DNA of 64,000 nucleotides. It comes from Takakia lepidozioides (taxonomy: Eukaryota > Plantae > Bryophyta). The stretch lies in contig CM060731.1 of the NCBI GenBank assembly GCA_030704615.1, positions 49,352,001-49,416,000 on the forward strand, given 5' to 3'. The position numbers and the translations under genes are program-made. This document shows positions 51,116-63,200 of this stretch, one piece after another. Below the pieces are notes generated by a model. It searched no databases. It was not told the origin of the DNA and saw only the letters and a list, made by a program, of their open reading frames with translations. Every line of letters starts with the position of its first letter. Position 1 is the first letter of the stretch.

Positions 51116-54020
51116 TGGTTGATAATTGGCTTGTGCATGGCTGAGCAACGGAGATTGCAAGCATTGATGGCTACTTCTACACTCCCATTGGATGGTGCAT
51201 CCTCCCTGCCAACCGGGACGGTTGAGGCAGTGAGTGGGGGCGAGCACATGATCGTGGGTTGCAAATACCCATGGCAGATGTGTAATAAGATGCGCAAAAA
51301 AAGAGTATGAGGAGTGGGGAGAGCCATGGACTGATGATCAGTTGGAGGCCAAGGTAGCCAAGGTTTTTGAAGAGGTTGAGAATATTTCTTGCTCAGAGGA
51401 TGTTCTCAAGGTGGCTATGGCGGAACAAATGGAGGCTACGCCACAGTCAGATTGGGCGGACAAGGCCCAAGAGGTTGCTATCTAGCAACCAAATGATTCG
51501 TCTCCTACCTCAAAGCCTAGTGTACCCAAGGTTGCAGTCACTGAGGACAATTGGGAACCAGATGTTAGACCTACAGTCACCAGAGGAGAGAGACAGAGAA
51601 TCCATCGATTTCTAAGGGCTTATAGAAATTGCTTTGCCTTCGGTTTGAAGGATTTGCGGAGTTTGAAGGGCCAGGAGATTCGTATTGATTTGGCAAGTGA
51701 CACGCCAATTTTTCGAAGGCCCTACCGGTATAGTGACATGGAGAGGTCATTGATCCAGTCACGGACTATGGAGCTGTTCGAAGCTGGATTGGTGGAGTTG
51801 TCAGGTGGGGAGTATGCCTTGGCAACGGTAATGCTAGCTAAGAAGAATATCTATGGCAATTGGACAGAAAGAAGGATGTGTGGGGACTATCGTTCTGTGA
51901 ATCGTCATACTAAGTCCGATAGATATGCCATGCCAACTCTAGAGGAGATCTTTGTTGCCATTGGGCATGCAAAGGTGTTTAGCATATTGGACTTGTGATC
52001 CGGTTACCACCAGTTGCCAATCAAAGAGGCTGACAAGCAAAAGATGGCATTCTGGGGGATTAACCAACATGGGAAGGATTGCTTGTACCAATGGCGGTTC
52101 CTACCGTTTGGGTTGAAGAATGCTCCTGTAGAGTTTCAGAGGGTTATGGATAGGATTCTCGCGGGGCTAGACTTTTCCCGGTGTTACATTGATGTCATCA
52201 TCGTCTTTAGTGCTACGGTTGAGGAGCATGAGAGACACCTTCAGGTGGTGTTTGAGCGCTTGAGAGCGCATGGGTTGAAATTGCACCCTGGGAAGTGCAA
52301 GTTCTTCCACAACCAGATTGAGTATCTGGGCCACATGATATACCATGGAGGATTGGGTATTCAAAAGACGAAGGTGGAGGCCATTGCACGCATTCCATGC
52401 CCCATAGATGTTAGCAGAGATTCATGCTTTCATGGGGTTGGCAAACTACTATCGACGGTTTGTCAAGGGATTTAGCAGCATTGCAAAGGCTCTTACCAAG
52501 TTGACCAAGGTGGGTCAAGAGTGGCAGTGGGAGGCAGAGCAGGAGGAAGCCTTTGAGGAACTCAAGGCTCAATTGACTTCTGCACCTATTATGAGGTGGC
52601 CTTTCCAGCTACATACGGATTGGAGTATGCTGGGAATTGGAGTAGTGTTCACACAAGTGGATAACAAGGGAAGAGAGTTCGTAGTGGCATATGCCAGCCG
52701 TGATTGGTCATGTAGATGGTGTGCATGACGATCCGGAGATCAGTGAGGAGCTTGGTGGTGCTAATGATGTGTATGAAGATGTAGCAGTGTTGGCCTACCT
52801 TCGTACAGAAGAGACAACAACCAGTGTGACTGCTAAGGAGAGAGATCGGATCCTACAACGAGCCAAGAGGTTCAAGTGGGAGGGGACTCACCTACTCCGA
52901 GTATGGGAGGATGGACGAGTGAGGATTGTGCCTCATCCAACACAACGAGCGCGATTGGTACGCCATGCCCATGAAGAGCTGGGACATTTTGGGGTGCGGG
53001 GCATGCACACGGATGTGCAACACTTAGTGACAAGGTGTATGGTGTGTGATAGAGTGCGGGCTTCTTTCAATGCACCTATTCCACAAATTGCATCCTTTAT
53101 TCATTATGGGTTTGGGCTATCGTTGGAGTCTTGACTTCGCAGGCCCATTGCCACTAACGATTCGCCATAACAAGTATGTGCTGGTGATGGTGGAACATTT
53201 CTCTAAGTGGATTGAACTGGTGGCATTGCCTGACAAGGCAAGTGAGGGTGTATGCATTCTTAGATCGAGTGCTTAGCCAATTTGGTGCTCCAGCCGAGGT
53301 ACTCACGGACCAGGGGAGAGAGTTCTTGGGGGAGTTTCAGGCTTTGTATGAGCAAACCTTGATAGATCACTGCACTACTTCTCGGGATCATCCCGAGGCT
53401 GATGGCCTGGCAGAGAAGGTTGTACAAATAGTTAAGCGAGGCTTGCGCAAATATGGCTTGCAGAAGGGACACTCAGGAGATTGAGACCTGCAGCTACCTT
53501 GGTTGGCCATGGGCTACAGGTTTAGCAAACAAGCATCACTTGCCTCGTTCTCGCCTTATTTCCTTCTCTTTGGCTGAGAGCCAGATTTGTCTGCATCTAT
53601 TCGTAGAGAGACTGCAGTAGTCCTCAACCTTGATGATCCGGATGTGGGGACATAAGCATGTGCCCAGCGGACAGAGTTGTTCAAGAAAAAGTCATGCCTA
53701 TGGCTTTTGATAACCTTGCTATTGCCCAACACCGAGACACATTGAGGTACGCCACTATACGTGGAGGGGGATATCGGCCAGGTGTTCGGCGTTTCCACCC
53801 TGGGGACTATATGTATCTGCAACAGACAGCGCCTACGACTTTGAATGTCACAGCAGGACGTGTGATTCTAAGGGTCTAGGAGGTGTTGCGTTCAGGAGTG
53901 TTGATTCTGGAGGGTCGAGATGACATGGTATGGAAGGACCATGTGCGCAATTGTACGCCATGTCACCTTCCACATGTGGATGGGAGGATAGATCACAACT
54001 TTGCAGTGGTACCTGCAGGG

Positions 54021-54143
54021 TTGCGTTGCATGCTGGTGGTGCCGCAACCATGTTGGTGTGTGACAAATGCTCAAAGGGGTGGCACATGGGATGCTTGACA
54101 CCGCCATTGAGGAGGAGAATGGTTGTGTCCACGATGCCTTTGA
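54021..54143 (+). pseudogene. PHD finger at integrase C-terminus (two small deletions)
   Basis: LRCML..MLVCDKCSKGWHMGCLTPPL..GEWLCPRC fits the C4HC3 pattern. Confidence 0.85.
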
Positions 54144-54577
54144 CATAGGTAGTGGACATGACAATGGTGTAGTTGACAAGTGATCCAAGGTAGCTCAACG
54201 CCATGGATACTCAATTGAAGATCATGGATTGCAAGTAGGCGACTAACGATGGGGCTCTCGTTGCACCTGGCCTCTTGGTCCATATACTTTAGAAAATTGG
54301 GAGATGTGCGATTGAAAACCAAACGATGATCTTATTGAGATGGATACTTGTCAGTTATCCGGTGTTAGAGGGACCTAATCACCAGCTAGGGGGGCGATTG
54401 TGGCATAGCTAGAATTGTGTGCTTAAAATGTATGGTGGACAACGATGTATGTTGTGGCACGATGCTTAGGTGCACGACATGTGTTATTAAATATATATTT
54501 TGTCGAACGGCAGACCGTCGGTCTGCTGGAGGTCTGCTGAAGGTCTGCTCTGCTGGAGGTCTGGAGAGTTGCCCAGT

Positions 54578-54705
54578 CCGGTAAAAAGTCCGCCGCTGTA
54601 GATGAACAAGGACTTAGAAAAATTTCATAATCTGGCCGACCCCGATAGAAAGTCCGCCGCTGTAGATGAACAAAGATTTAGAAAAATTTCAGAATCTGGC
54701 CGACC
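54578..54705. repeat. Two-copy 64-bp tandem duplication
   Basis: AAAGTCCGCCGCTGTAGATGAACAA...TCTGGCCGACC at 54585 and 54649. Confidence 0.85.
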
Positions 54706-55461
54706 ATGTGAATGGGCGGTGGGCTCTTATGAGCTCACCTAGGGCCATACTGGGGGGGGGGGCCAATAGGTGCATTGATGACCCTACTATTAAAAAACGA
54801 GAGTCGAAATGTGAATATTTTAGGGTCGGTAAATTGTTCTTAGTACATAATACTCCTTGATTGGATGGATGCGTGGTGAACTAGCCTGCGTCGGTTATCA
54901 TTCATCGATATCACGGGAAGGATGAGAGTTATGCTCGTGAGTAACGAGCACGGCATCCACGAGCAGGAAAGTTTCATCTGTTCGTCATCCAGTGCTGCGT
55001 CCCTGAGAAGAGAGCAGAGCGATGGCCGCGAGGTCGTGAGCGCGCAGGAAGATTGGAAATTCCGGGACGCAGAGTCATGGCCAGGACGGCCTCCAGTCTC
55101 CAGGGAGGGCGGCCACAGGTATAGAGACGGAAAATGTGTGTGGAAAGTTTTGGTTGTATAAACTGTTTGCGCCGGAGCTCTTCCTGGTCTCTATGGCCTT
55201 GAAAATCCAAGAGAAACTGCCACCAACCTTATTCTAAGAATTTGTGTGGTCACTCAGCCGTGCCATCCCCGAGCTCTTTCATGGAGGGCATGGTTCTTGC
55301 GGAATATCAACTCCTCTGCAGCTAGGTATCGGTTTTTACCCATCATGAATCTAGAGCTGGTTTCAGTAGTGATGTAGTGCTTCAAATAGAAAACACGGAA
55401 ATCAACTGCTCAATTGGAATAGATTTGGCGTAGGTGTATGATTTCACCTACGACCCATCCT

Positions 55462-55482
55462 GAGAGAGAGAGAGAGAGAGAG
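55462..55482 (+). repeat. (GA)n microsatellite
   Basis: Direct observation. Confidence 0.9.
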
Positions 55483-56847
55483 TATTTGGCGTAAGACCAG
55501 GTCAATTATAAGCTGTGGAAGATGTTGGTTGAGGCACAAGCGCTCCAGGATAGAGATTGAGCCACGCAAGCTGGCGAAGTTTTCATGAACTTATAATTTA
55601 TGTGGATCAAAGAAAGGCCTGACAGGAGCACATTTTTTCACGTGGGTGGGAGAACATGTCTGTCTGATAAGATGAGGCTATCGGGACGTGAGTCATGGGA
55701 GCTTGCGACTGATGCTGGAACCATGATGTTGCGTGGACCCGTATTGTATTTCCACTCCCTTATAATCAACTACAGTGTTCCCTTCGTTGGGGATTGTTGC
55801 TTTCAGTTGGAAAGTAAATTGGGCAAGGTTGTTCCCAGTTATTACAAAGATGCTTGGATCTGGAACCTGGTCTATGCGAGGCTGCTCTTGGCGGCCACAG
55901 TTTATCCGCACAAATTTCCAAGATCCCCAGACTTCACACATAACTGCGCAAATAAAGTGCTTTAGATATATGGTTGGTTGCATGCTCCTTGGGGTGACAG
56001 CAGCGCCAGCTGCCATGAGACAAGGTCAAGCACAATTTGGTGTTGTTCCAGTTTATGGCCAGACAAGGAATGTGGACGATTGCGAGTTATCTGACCAAGT
56101 GGGCTTGTACACGAAGGCTACACTGGCACTTCTGAAAAGAAGCTGAAGCAAGTGCAAACTAGCAAAGTTATCTTGTTCTAGCAGTTCTTACATTCAGGTT
56201 AAGCAATGAGCAAAGGACAACACTGGCAGGAGTTCTTCTCAGACCCTTCACAGAGGTGGGATAACAGGTTTGACAAGGTGAGGCTATCTATGTGAAAGTG
56301 TTGTGTGATGGAGAGATTTCTGGACTTTATTGTATCTCCAGTCCCTTCAACTTAGTTCAGATTTTAATTTGTTGTTTCAAAATGCAGCAGAAGCCAGCAA
56401 AAAGTAGTTGTTCACTGTTATGCTTAGCTCTGGTGTTTCTACCCTTGTCTATGCAAGGCTGTGGTTGAAGCTATGGCTGCTCAGCTGCCACCGATGGTTT
56501 TTACAGGAGAGTCCAAGATCACCACACTTCAGATATAAGCGTACAAATGAGACCCTCTGGATGAAAGCAGAGCTAGCTTCCATGACAAAAGGGCGGGTAC
56601 AATATGGCGATGGGTCTGACTTTTTAGGTGTAACACCACCGAGCTCCATGCCAATGATACAACGGGTATAGTTTTAAAACTCAAACAGATAAAATTGTTG
56701 ACATTTTTTCTTAAAGTAGTGACTGCAGTGGCTCCTTAACCCTGTCAATAGTAGCAACAAGCCCCATGGAGACAGTTAGTTTCAAGGAGCTTTGAGAAAT
56801 GTTGTGGGTTTCACTGGAAAGGGCTTGCAATTAAGAGTCTAACAGTC

Positions 56848-59800
56848 ATGCAGGATGGCAGGGTTGGATCAGGCACTTCCACCGTGAGAATTGCTTTTGC
56901 AAGAGGAGCAAGAGAGGTAGTCGACAAGAATTCTTTCGACGGTTGTGGGGATGCGATACCACTATGTAAGGCAGGACAACTGAAAAAGGCTGTGCATAAT
57001 TTGAACCTACAAGGCACTTCGGCAGGCTCCAACACCTATCTTTGTCTCGTGCAGGAATGCATCAAACTCAAAGACCTACAAACGGGAAAGCAAGTGCATG
57101 CCCACATTATCAAAAGCAGATTCAAGCCCAACATCTTTCTACTCAACTCCCTTGTCAAGATGTATGCCAAGTGCGGGAGTTTGGTGGATGCACGCCACAT
57201 GTTTGAAAACATGACTGAACGAGATGTGTATACATGGACTATAACAATAACAGGATATATGAACAATGGGTGTGGTAGAGAAGCTTTTGAGATCTATCAG
57301 CGAATGATATGGGAAGGGGTGGTGCCCAACACCATCACGTTCATTTGTGTTCTCAAAGTGTGTGCCAGCCTAGGAGCCCTGGAAAAGGGCAAAGAGGTTC
57401 ACGCGGAGATCATTAAAGCTGGCATTGTGCCTGATCTCATTCTGGGCACTGCCCTTGCCACTATGTATGCCAAATGCGGGAGCATAAGAGATGCACGGCA
57501 AGTGTTTGACAATATGGCAAAACGAGATGTTGTCTCATGGAATGCCATGATCACAGGATATACTCAGCATGGGTGTGGTAGGGAGGCTATTGCGATGTAT
57601 GGGCAAATGCAACAGGAAGGGGTGAGACCGGACAAGGTCACAGCCATATGCGTTCTCAATGCATGTGCCAGCCTGGCAGCTCTGGAAAAGGGCAAAGAGG
57701 TCCATGCTGACATCATCAAAGCTAGAATTTTGCCAGATATCATTCTGGAAACTGCCCTTGTGGACATGTATGCCAAATGTGGGAACATGAAGGATGCACG
57801 GCGAGTGTTTGACACTATGGCACAACAAGATGTGATTTCCTGGAGTGCAATGATTGCAGGATATAGTCAGCATGGGTATGGTAGGGAGGCTCTTGAGATG
57901 TACGAGCAAATGATACGGGAAGGTGTGAGACCCAACAATGTCACATTCATTTCTGTTCTCAATGCATGTGCCAACCTGGCAGCCCTAGAAAAGGGCAAAG
58001 AGGTCCATGCAGAGGTCATGAAAGCTGGAATTGTGAAAGATATTGTTCTGGAGACTGCCGTTGTTGACATGTATGCCAAATGCGGGAGCATGAAGGATGC
58101 GCATCAAGTGTTTGGCAATATGGCTCAACAAGATGTGGTCTCCTGGAGTGCAATGATAGCAGGATATGCTCAGCATGGGTGTGGTTTGGAGGCTCTCGAG
58201 ATGTATGAGCGAATGATACAGGAAGGGGTGAGACCCAACAAGGTCACATTCAATTGCGTTCTCAAATCGTGTGCCAGCTTGCGATCCTTGGAAAAGGGTA
58301 AGGAGGTCCATGCAGAGGTCATGAGAGCTGGAACTGTTAAAGATGTCATTCTGGAGACTGCCATTGTTGACATGTATGCCAAATGTGGGAGCCTGAAGGA
58401 TGCGCGTCAAGTGTTTGGCAATATGGCTAAACAAGATGTGGTCTCCTGGAGTGCAATGATAGCAGGATATGTACAGCATGGGTGTGCTATGGAGGCTTTT
58501 GAGATGTATGAGCAAATGGTACAGGAAGGGGTGAGACCCAACAAAGTCACATTCAGTTGCATTCTTAATGCATGTGCCAGCATGCGATCCCTGGAAAAGG
58601 GGAAGGAAGTCCATGAAGCGATCATAAAAGCTGGAATTGAGAACAATATTGTTCTCGAGACTGCCCTTGTTAACATGTATGCTACATGCGGGAGCATTAA
58701 GGATGCCCAGGAAGCGTTTGATCATATGGCAAAGAAAAATGTTGTATCATGGAATGTGATGATGGCAGTATATGCTCAACATGGACGTGGTAGGGAGGCT
58801 TTCAAGATGTACGAGCAAATGAGCTGGGAAGGGGTGACACCAGACAAGGTCACGTTCATGTGTGCTCTAAATTTGTGTGCCGCCTCAGGAGCCTTGGAAA
58901 AGGGCAGAGAGGTCCATCACAACATCATCAAAGCTGGGATTGTGAAAGATGTAATTCTGGAGACTACCCTCTTCAACATGTATGCCAAATGTGGGAACAT
59001 GAAGGAAGCACATGAAGTGTTTAACTGTATGGCTGAACAGGATGTGGTCTCGTGGAATGCCATGATAACAGGATATGCACAGGCTGGGTATGGTAGGGAG
59101 GCGTTCGAAATGTATGAGCAAATGATAAAAGAAGAGTTGATGCCTGACAATGTCACATTCAGTAGTGTTCTAAATGCATGTGCCAGTCTGGCAGCTCTGC
59201 AAAAAGGCAGAGAGGTTCATGCTGACATCAACAAAGCTGGAATTGAGCAAGATATTATTGTGGAGACGGCATTGGTTGACATGTATTCCAAATGCGGAAG
59301 CATGAAGGATGCGCGTCAAGTATTCGACAATATGGCGGACCGAAATGTGGTCTCGTGGACTGCAATGATAGCAGGATATGGTATGCATGGCCGTGGTAAG
59401 GAGGCTCTTCAACTGTTTGGAGAGATGCAACAGGATGGATTGAAGCCAAACAGCATCACCTTCGTATGTGTTCTCTCTGCATGTAGCCATGTTGGTCTGG
59501 TGGATGAAGGCTGTCACTATTTTGATTCCATGTGTAAAGATTATGGCCTCACTCCAACACCAGAGCATTTTGGCTGCATGGTGGACCTTCTTGGGCGTGC
59601 AGGGCGAGTGGATGAGGCAGAGGAGTTCATGAACAAAATGCCAATCCAACCAGGTGCAACAGTGTGGGGATCCTTACTTGGTGCCTGCAGAACTCATGGA
59701 AATGTGGAGATAGCAGAACGTGCAGCAAAATGCCTTCTCAAGTGGCATGCACAAGATGCGGCAGCTTACATGCTGCTGTCAGACATCTATGCAGCTGCTG

Positions 59801-59943
59801 GCAGGTGGGACGATACAGCAAAGGTGAGAAAAATGATGGAGGACAAAGGTGTCAGAAAGGAACCAGGGCGCAGCTTCATTGAGGTGGACAGCCAGGTGCA
59901 CACATTTGTTGTGGAAGACAAATTGCATCTAGAGGAGAGGTAG
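56848..59943 (+). CDS. PLS-class pentatricopeptide repeat protein with E1/E2 domains and PG box, no DYW domain (putative organellar RNA-editing specificity factor)
   Basis: Intact 1031-aa single-exon ORF; eight L-S-P triplets of ~101 aa; S2 EHFGCMVDLLGRAG; E1 VWGSLLGACRTHG; KEPGRSFIEV..VHTF; then stop. Confidence 0.95.
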   Translation: MQDGRVGSGTSTVRIAFARGAREVVDKNSFDGCGDAIPLCKAGQLKKAVHNLNLQGTSAGSNTYLCLVQECIKLKDLQTGKQVHAHIIKSRFKPNIFLLNSLVKMYAKCGSLVDARHMFENMTERDVYTWTITITGYMNNGCGREAFEIYQRMIWEGVVPNTITFICVLKVCASLGALEKGKEVHAEIIKAGIVPDLILGTALATMYAKCGSIRDARQVFDNMAKRDVVSWNAMITGYTQHGCGREAIAMYGQMQQEGVRPDKVTAICVLNACASLAALEKGKEVHADIIKARILPDIILETALVDMYAKCGNMKDARRVFDTMAQQDVISWSAMIAGYSQHGYGREALEMYEQMIREGVRPNNVTFISVLNACANLAALEKGKEVHAEVMKAGIVKDIVLETAVVDMYAKCGSMKDAHQVFGNMAQQDVVSWSAMIAGYAQHGCGLEALEMYERMIQEGVRPNKVTFNCVLKSCASLRSLEKGKEVHAEVMRAGTVKDVILETAIVDMYAKCGSLKDARQVFGNMAKQDVVSWSAMIAGYVQHGCAMEAFEMYEQMVQEGVRPNKVTFSCILNACASMRSLEKGKEVHEAIIKAGIENNIVLETALVNMYATCGSIKDAQEAFDHMAKKNVVSWNVMMAVYAQHGRGREAFKMYEQMSWEGVTPDKVTFMCALNLCAASGALEKGREVHHNIIKAGIVKDVILETTLFNMYAKCGNMKEAHEVFNCMAEQDVVSWNAMITGYAQAGYGREAFEMYEQMIKEELMPDNVTFSSVLNACASLAALQKGREVHADINKAGIEQDIIVETALVDMYSKCGSMKDARQVFDNMADRNVVSWTAMIAGYGMHGRGKEALQLFGEMQQDGLKPNSITFVCVLSACSHVGLVDEGCHYFDSMCKDYGLTPTPEHFGCMVDLLGRAGRVDEAEEFMNKMPIQPGATVWGSLLGACRTHGNVEIAERAAKCLLKWHAQDAAAYMLLSDIYAAAGRWDDTAKVRKMMEDKGVRKEPGRSFIEVDSQVHTFVVEDKLHLEER

Positions 59944-60264
59944 ACAGGATCTCTTGATAGCCAACTCTTGCCATCCACAGCTCAAACAAAAACAGGGTTC
60001 ATATCCCAATTGCTCAGATCCGTTATTGAACAAGTCCAGTTAGTTAGTTGAAAGTCCATTACCATAATTACAGCCCAATTAAAAGATCCAGATTTCATCC
60101 CCTTATTTGTTAATTCGGTGGCTACTTCGTATGTCATTTAAAAGATGTAAATTCCCGTCAATTAATTGTCTCTGTTGAATAAGGGTGACAATTCCCATTG
60201 TCGAATGTCGTGATATATACACCTGGATTATATTACAAAATTGGAAGGAGACTAGGAACAAGAG

Positions 60265-63200
60265 CTAAGATTTACAAAAGGCTGACAAAGTTTGGTCGAG
60301 AGAGTCATGATCGTATTCTCCAGTGAAGACACAGTTGCCAAGAGGACCCTTGAGAAGGATCAGTCTCAAGCGACCATCAGCAACCTTCTTATCCACCGCC
60401 ATGATTTTCTTAAATGTCTGAACATCCATAGATTCTGGGGGAGCTAAGGGTGCGTTGGCACGTTTTTGCAAATCAAGAATCCGGTTAACGAGTGTCTCAT
60501 CGATCCATCCCATCCGCAGAGACATGTCTGCAGCCATTATTGTACCTGCCGCTACAGCTTCACCGTGCAACCACCCACCATAGCCAATACCTGCCTCAAT
60601 GGCATGCCCAAATGTATGTCCAAGGTTCAGTGTTGCTCGTACCCCACCTTCTCTTTCGTCAAGTGCTACAACTTCAGCCTTGTTCTCACAAGATCTTTTG
60701 ACTGCATATGCTAGTGCCTTTGGGTCCCTATCCAGCAACGCCTCCATATTCTCCTCCATCCATTCAAAGAATTCTGCATCACGGATAAGCCCATACTTGA
60801 TGACTTCCGCTACCCCGGATGCCAGCTCCCGGTCAGGTAAAGTGTTAAGAGTATCTGTGTCCACAAGCACACATTGAGGCTGAAAGAAGGCCCCAATCAT
60901 GTTTTTGCCAAGTGGATGATTCACACCAGTTTTTCCACCAACAGAGGAGTCTACCTGCATAATCGGACACATGAATGTTACACTTTTCTTCTCAAATATA
61001 GGATCTACATGACCAGAAACCTATCTAAAAACCTGCTCTGTTGTAAGCTGAGCAGATGCTTCCCTCTTAAGAACATGGACATCACCAAGTATGACCAAGT
61101 CCAGTACTTTCCTTGCATCCTACTTAGATATCAGGACCATCGAGATCCTTATATTATCCTCCTCTTTAATCTGGGCCTGAAGTGTTCAGAACTAGTCAAG
61201 CTTCTCACTTGGCACTAGAACTCATTTCTTGTATGAAGATGTGAGATTCTGTGATGATACAAGCGAGTGTTCAACTGAATATGACAGGTCACCAAGGGTA
61301 TGAGTGAGCTTGGAGTGCGAAATGACCCAGCTTTACATAATCATGTGCCGTTTACATGCCCTCACCTTGTAGACTGCTCAATGACGGGCACAGTGAAGGT
61401 CTCCTGGAGTAGAGTTAGCACTGTTTCGAATGGTGAAAAGTCTGCAAAACAGATGCAAATATAGGAGACAACATAAGTGATGACAACGAGACTAAGGCCC
61501 AGACTGGAGGCTGCTCAGTTGCTTTCCATCTGTACCTGAGCCATAAGAGTTGTAGGAATCTGGATGAAGTTGACCCCACGAAGATAAGATGCAGCTGCAT
61601 AACCACACATATCACCAATAACCCCACCTCCTAAGGCGACAAACGTGCATCGTCGGTCCATTTGTGTCTCAATCGCCTTGTCAAAGACCTTCATCAAGGT
61701 TGGAAGATCTTTGTACTTCTCTCCATCTGGAAGGATCACATTTTCAACCTCTACTTTGAAACCTCCGTGTTTTAAAGCTGCAGTCACTTTATCTAGATAG
61801 AGAGGAGCAATGGTCTCGTTGGTCACAATCAGCACCTGCAACAAAATTCAGCAGAATCAGCTTAACTGCAGAGCACCTTCCCCATTCCAAAGGCCAAAAT
61901 GCTACTACAGTACCATACTACCCTCAGAACCCATGTCAAGCGTTGTAGGTCACCAAAGAGATGTACAAAGGTGCAGCCTGCTCATGCGTAAAGGATGTAG
62001 AATTCCGAGTTCCATGTTAGGTGGTCCATAGGTTACTATGTGAATGCACACCACAAACATCCTTACTCACCATATCCAAGTTACAGAAGTCCAGGAAAAC
62101 CAAGACTATAAGAAGTGCAATCCTAAGCTTGCTACTGTCAGACACAACAGCGCATTGGTCAATCCGGTGTAGCAAGTGGTCCGCCTATGCATCATCTTCA
62201 TCATGTATGGCAATGACGTCAACTACATTACTGAAAGTGTCAATGCCCTCTCCACGGGGTATTATACCCGATCCGCCCACTGATCACAGCTATTTGGGCA
62301 AAACCGATCCGTATTCAGGTTCCTAGAACCTGAATTAGTCTCAGAGCATCCCCATCATCTTGAAAGGCTTCGGGGTCAGAGAATCATGTCTGGACCCCCA
62401 TTTTTCAAAAAAATCTATTGTTTAGTTTCTCATGATTTCCAGTGGCGAAAATTACTCAAAGTTCATTTTATCTCCTTGCCTGAGAGACTGAAAATATGAA
62501 ACAACAACCGTGCAGTCATCAAATCCAAAAGCTCTCCAACTAAAGCTCTCCGAAGTTACCAAGAGTGCGGCCAAGGGCCCCACAGGTTGGACGGGTTGTG
62601 CACGTCAAACAAACATCAAACTCATTATATAGATTACTTCTCAGTTTTACAGAATTTGAGTTTCCTAAGCATTTCCAGAAGCAACATTAAACTTCAGACA
62701 TGAAACTGGACACTGAGTGAAACGACTTGGATGCTCTGGAAGAAGTCATCCCAGGATCGATATGTGACACACAGCTAGCTAGCTCCCAAGAACTCCAGGT
62801 TAGACGTACTCGATGCCTACACAGTGGTTCTGGAGCTATGTATAAACCATTGACTTTCATTCCAAGAGAATTGAATGCCTGTGTAGGCCGATAGTAAAAC
62901 CCACCCATGGGTAATTCAGCTAACAACTTGTTCCAGCTCTGCAAAGAAGCTGTAAAATGACGTAAGGAATTCTTTTTTCTGAGGTGATCTCATTTCTTCT
63001 CCTCTCCTCTAAAACAGCTTTCAACTGACGCTAGTGTAAGATCAGAAGACAGAAATTCAAGTGTTACCAACCTTTGCCTTTGCCATGTCCAGGATCATTT
63101 CTTCTGGAAGCGCATAATGCCAAAAGGACAGTACTACAGGAGAAAATGCCTCTTTGAAATTGCTCTGACCTTTCGGGTACAAGAGCTATATATGAACGAA

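Larger units (their letters stand above)
48679..54143 (+). pseudogene. pol: Pol of DNMT-Gypsy: protease, C5-DNMT, RT, partial RNase H, integrase, PHD finger
   Basis: VLLDSGAQ; RMCGDYR, LPFGLKNAP, YIDV (decayed YIDD); LHTDWS..VVAYASR; HEELGH..CMVC, SLDFAGPLP, LTDQGREF, GLAEK. Confidence 0.92.
17066..54500 (+). mobile_element. Ty3/Gypsy LTR retrotransposon carrying a C5-DNA methyltransferase and PHD finger (outermost nest layer; interrupted 19182-48678; both LTRs partial)
   Basis: Gag at 17935-19181 is in frame with pol from 48679 once the insert is removed. Order: Gag-PR-DNMT-RT-RH-IN-PHD. Putative 5' LTR ends GCCACA (17855); PPT-like G-run at 54388-54394 precedes TGTGGC (54399). Confidence 0.85.

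Noticed and set aside
54399-54760. Complete 3' LTR of the DNMT-Gypsy
   Set aside because: Only the PPT and TGTGGC start are recognisable; there is no overlap with 17066-17855, so LTR pair, TSD and age cannot be determined.
54900-56700. Short ORFs upstream of the PPR gene
   Set aside because: No domain signatures; probably promoter, UTR or intron sequence with weak internal duplication.
57036-59649. Antisense ORFs over the PPR gene and TE genes
   Set aside because: Shadow frames of repetitive or biased coding sequence.
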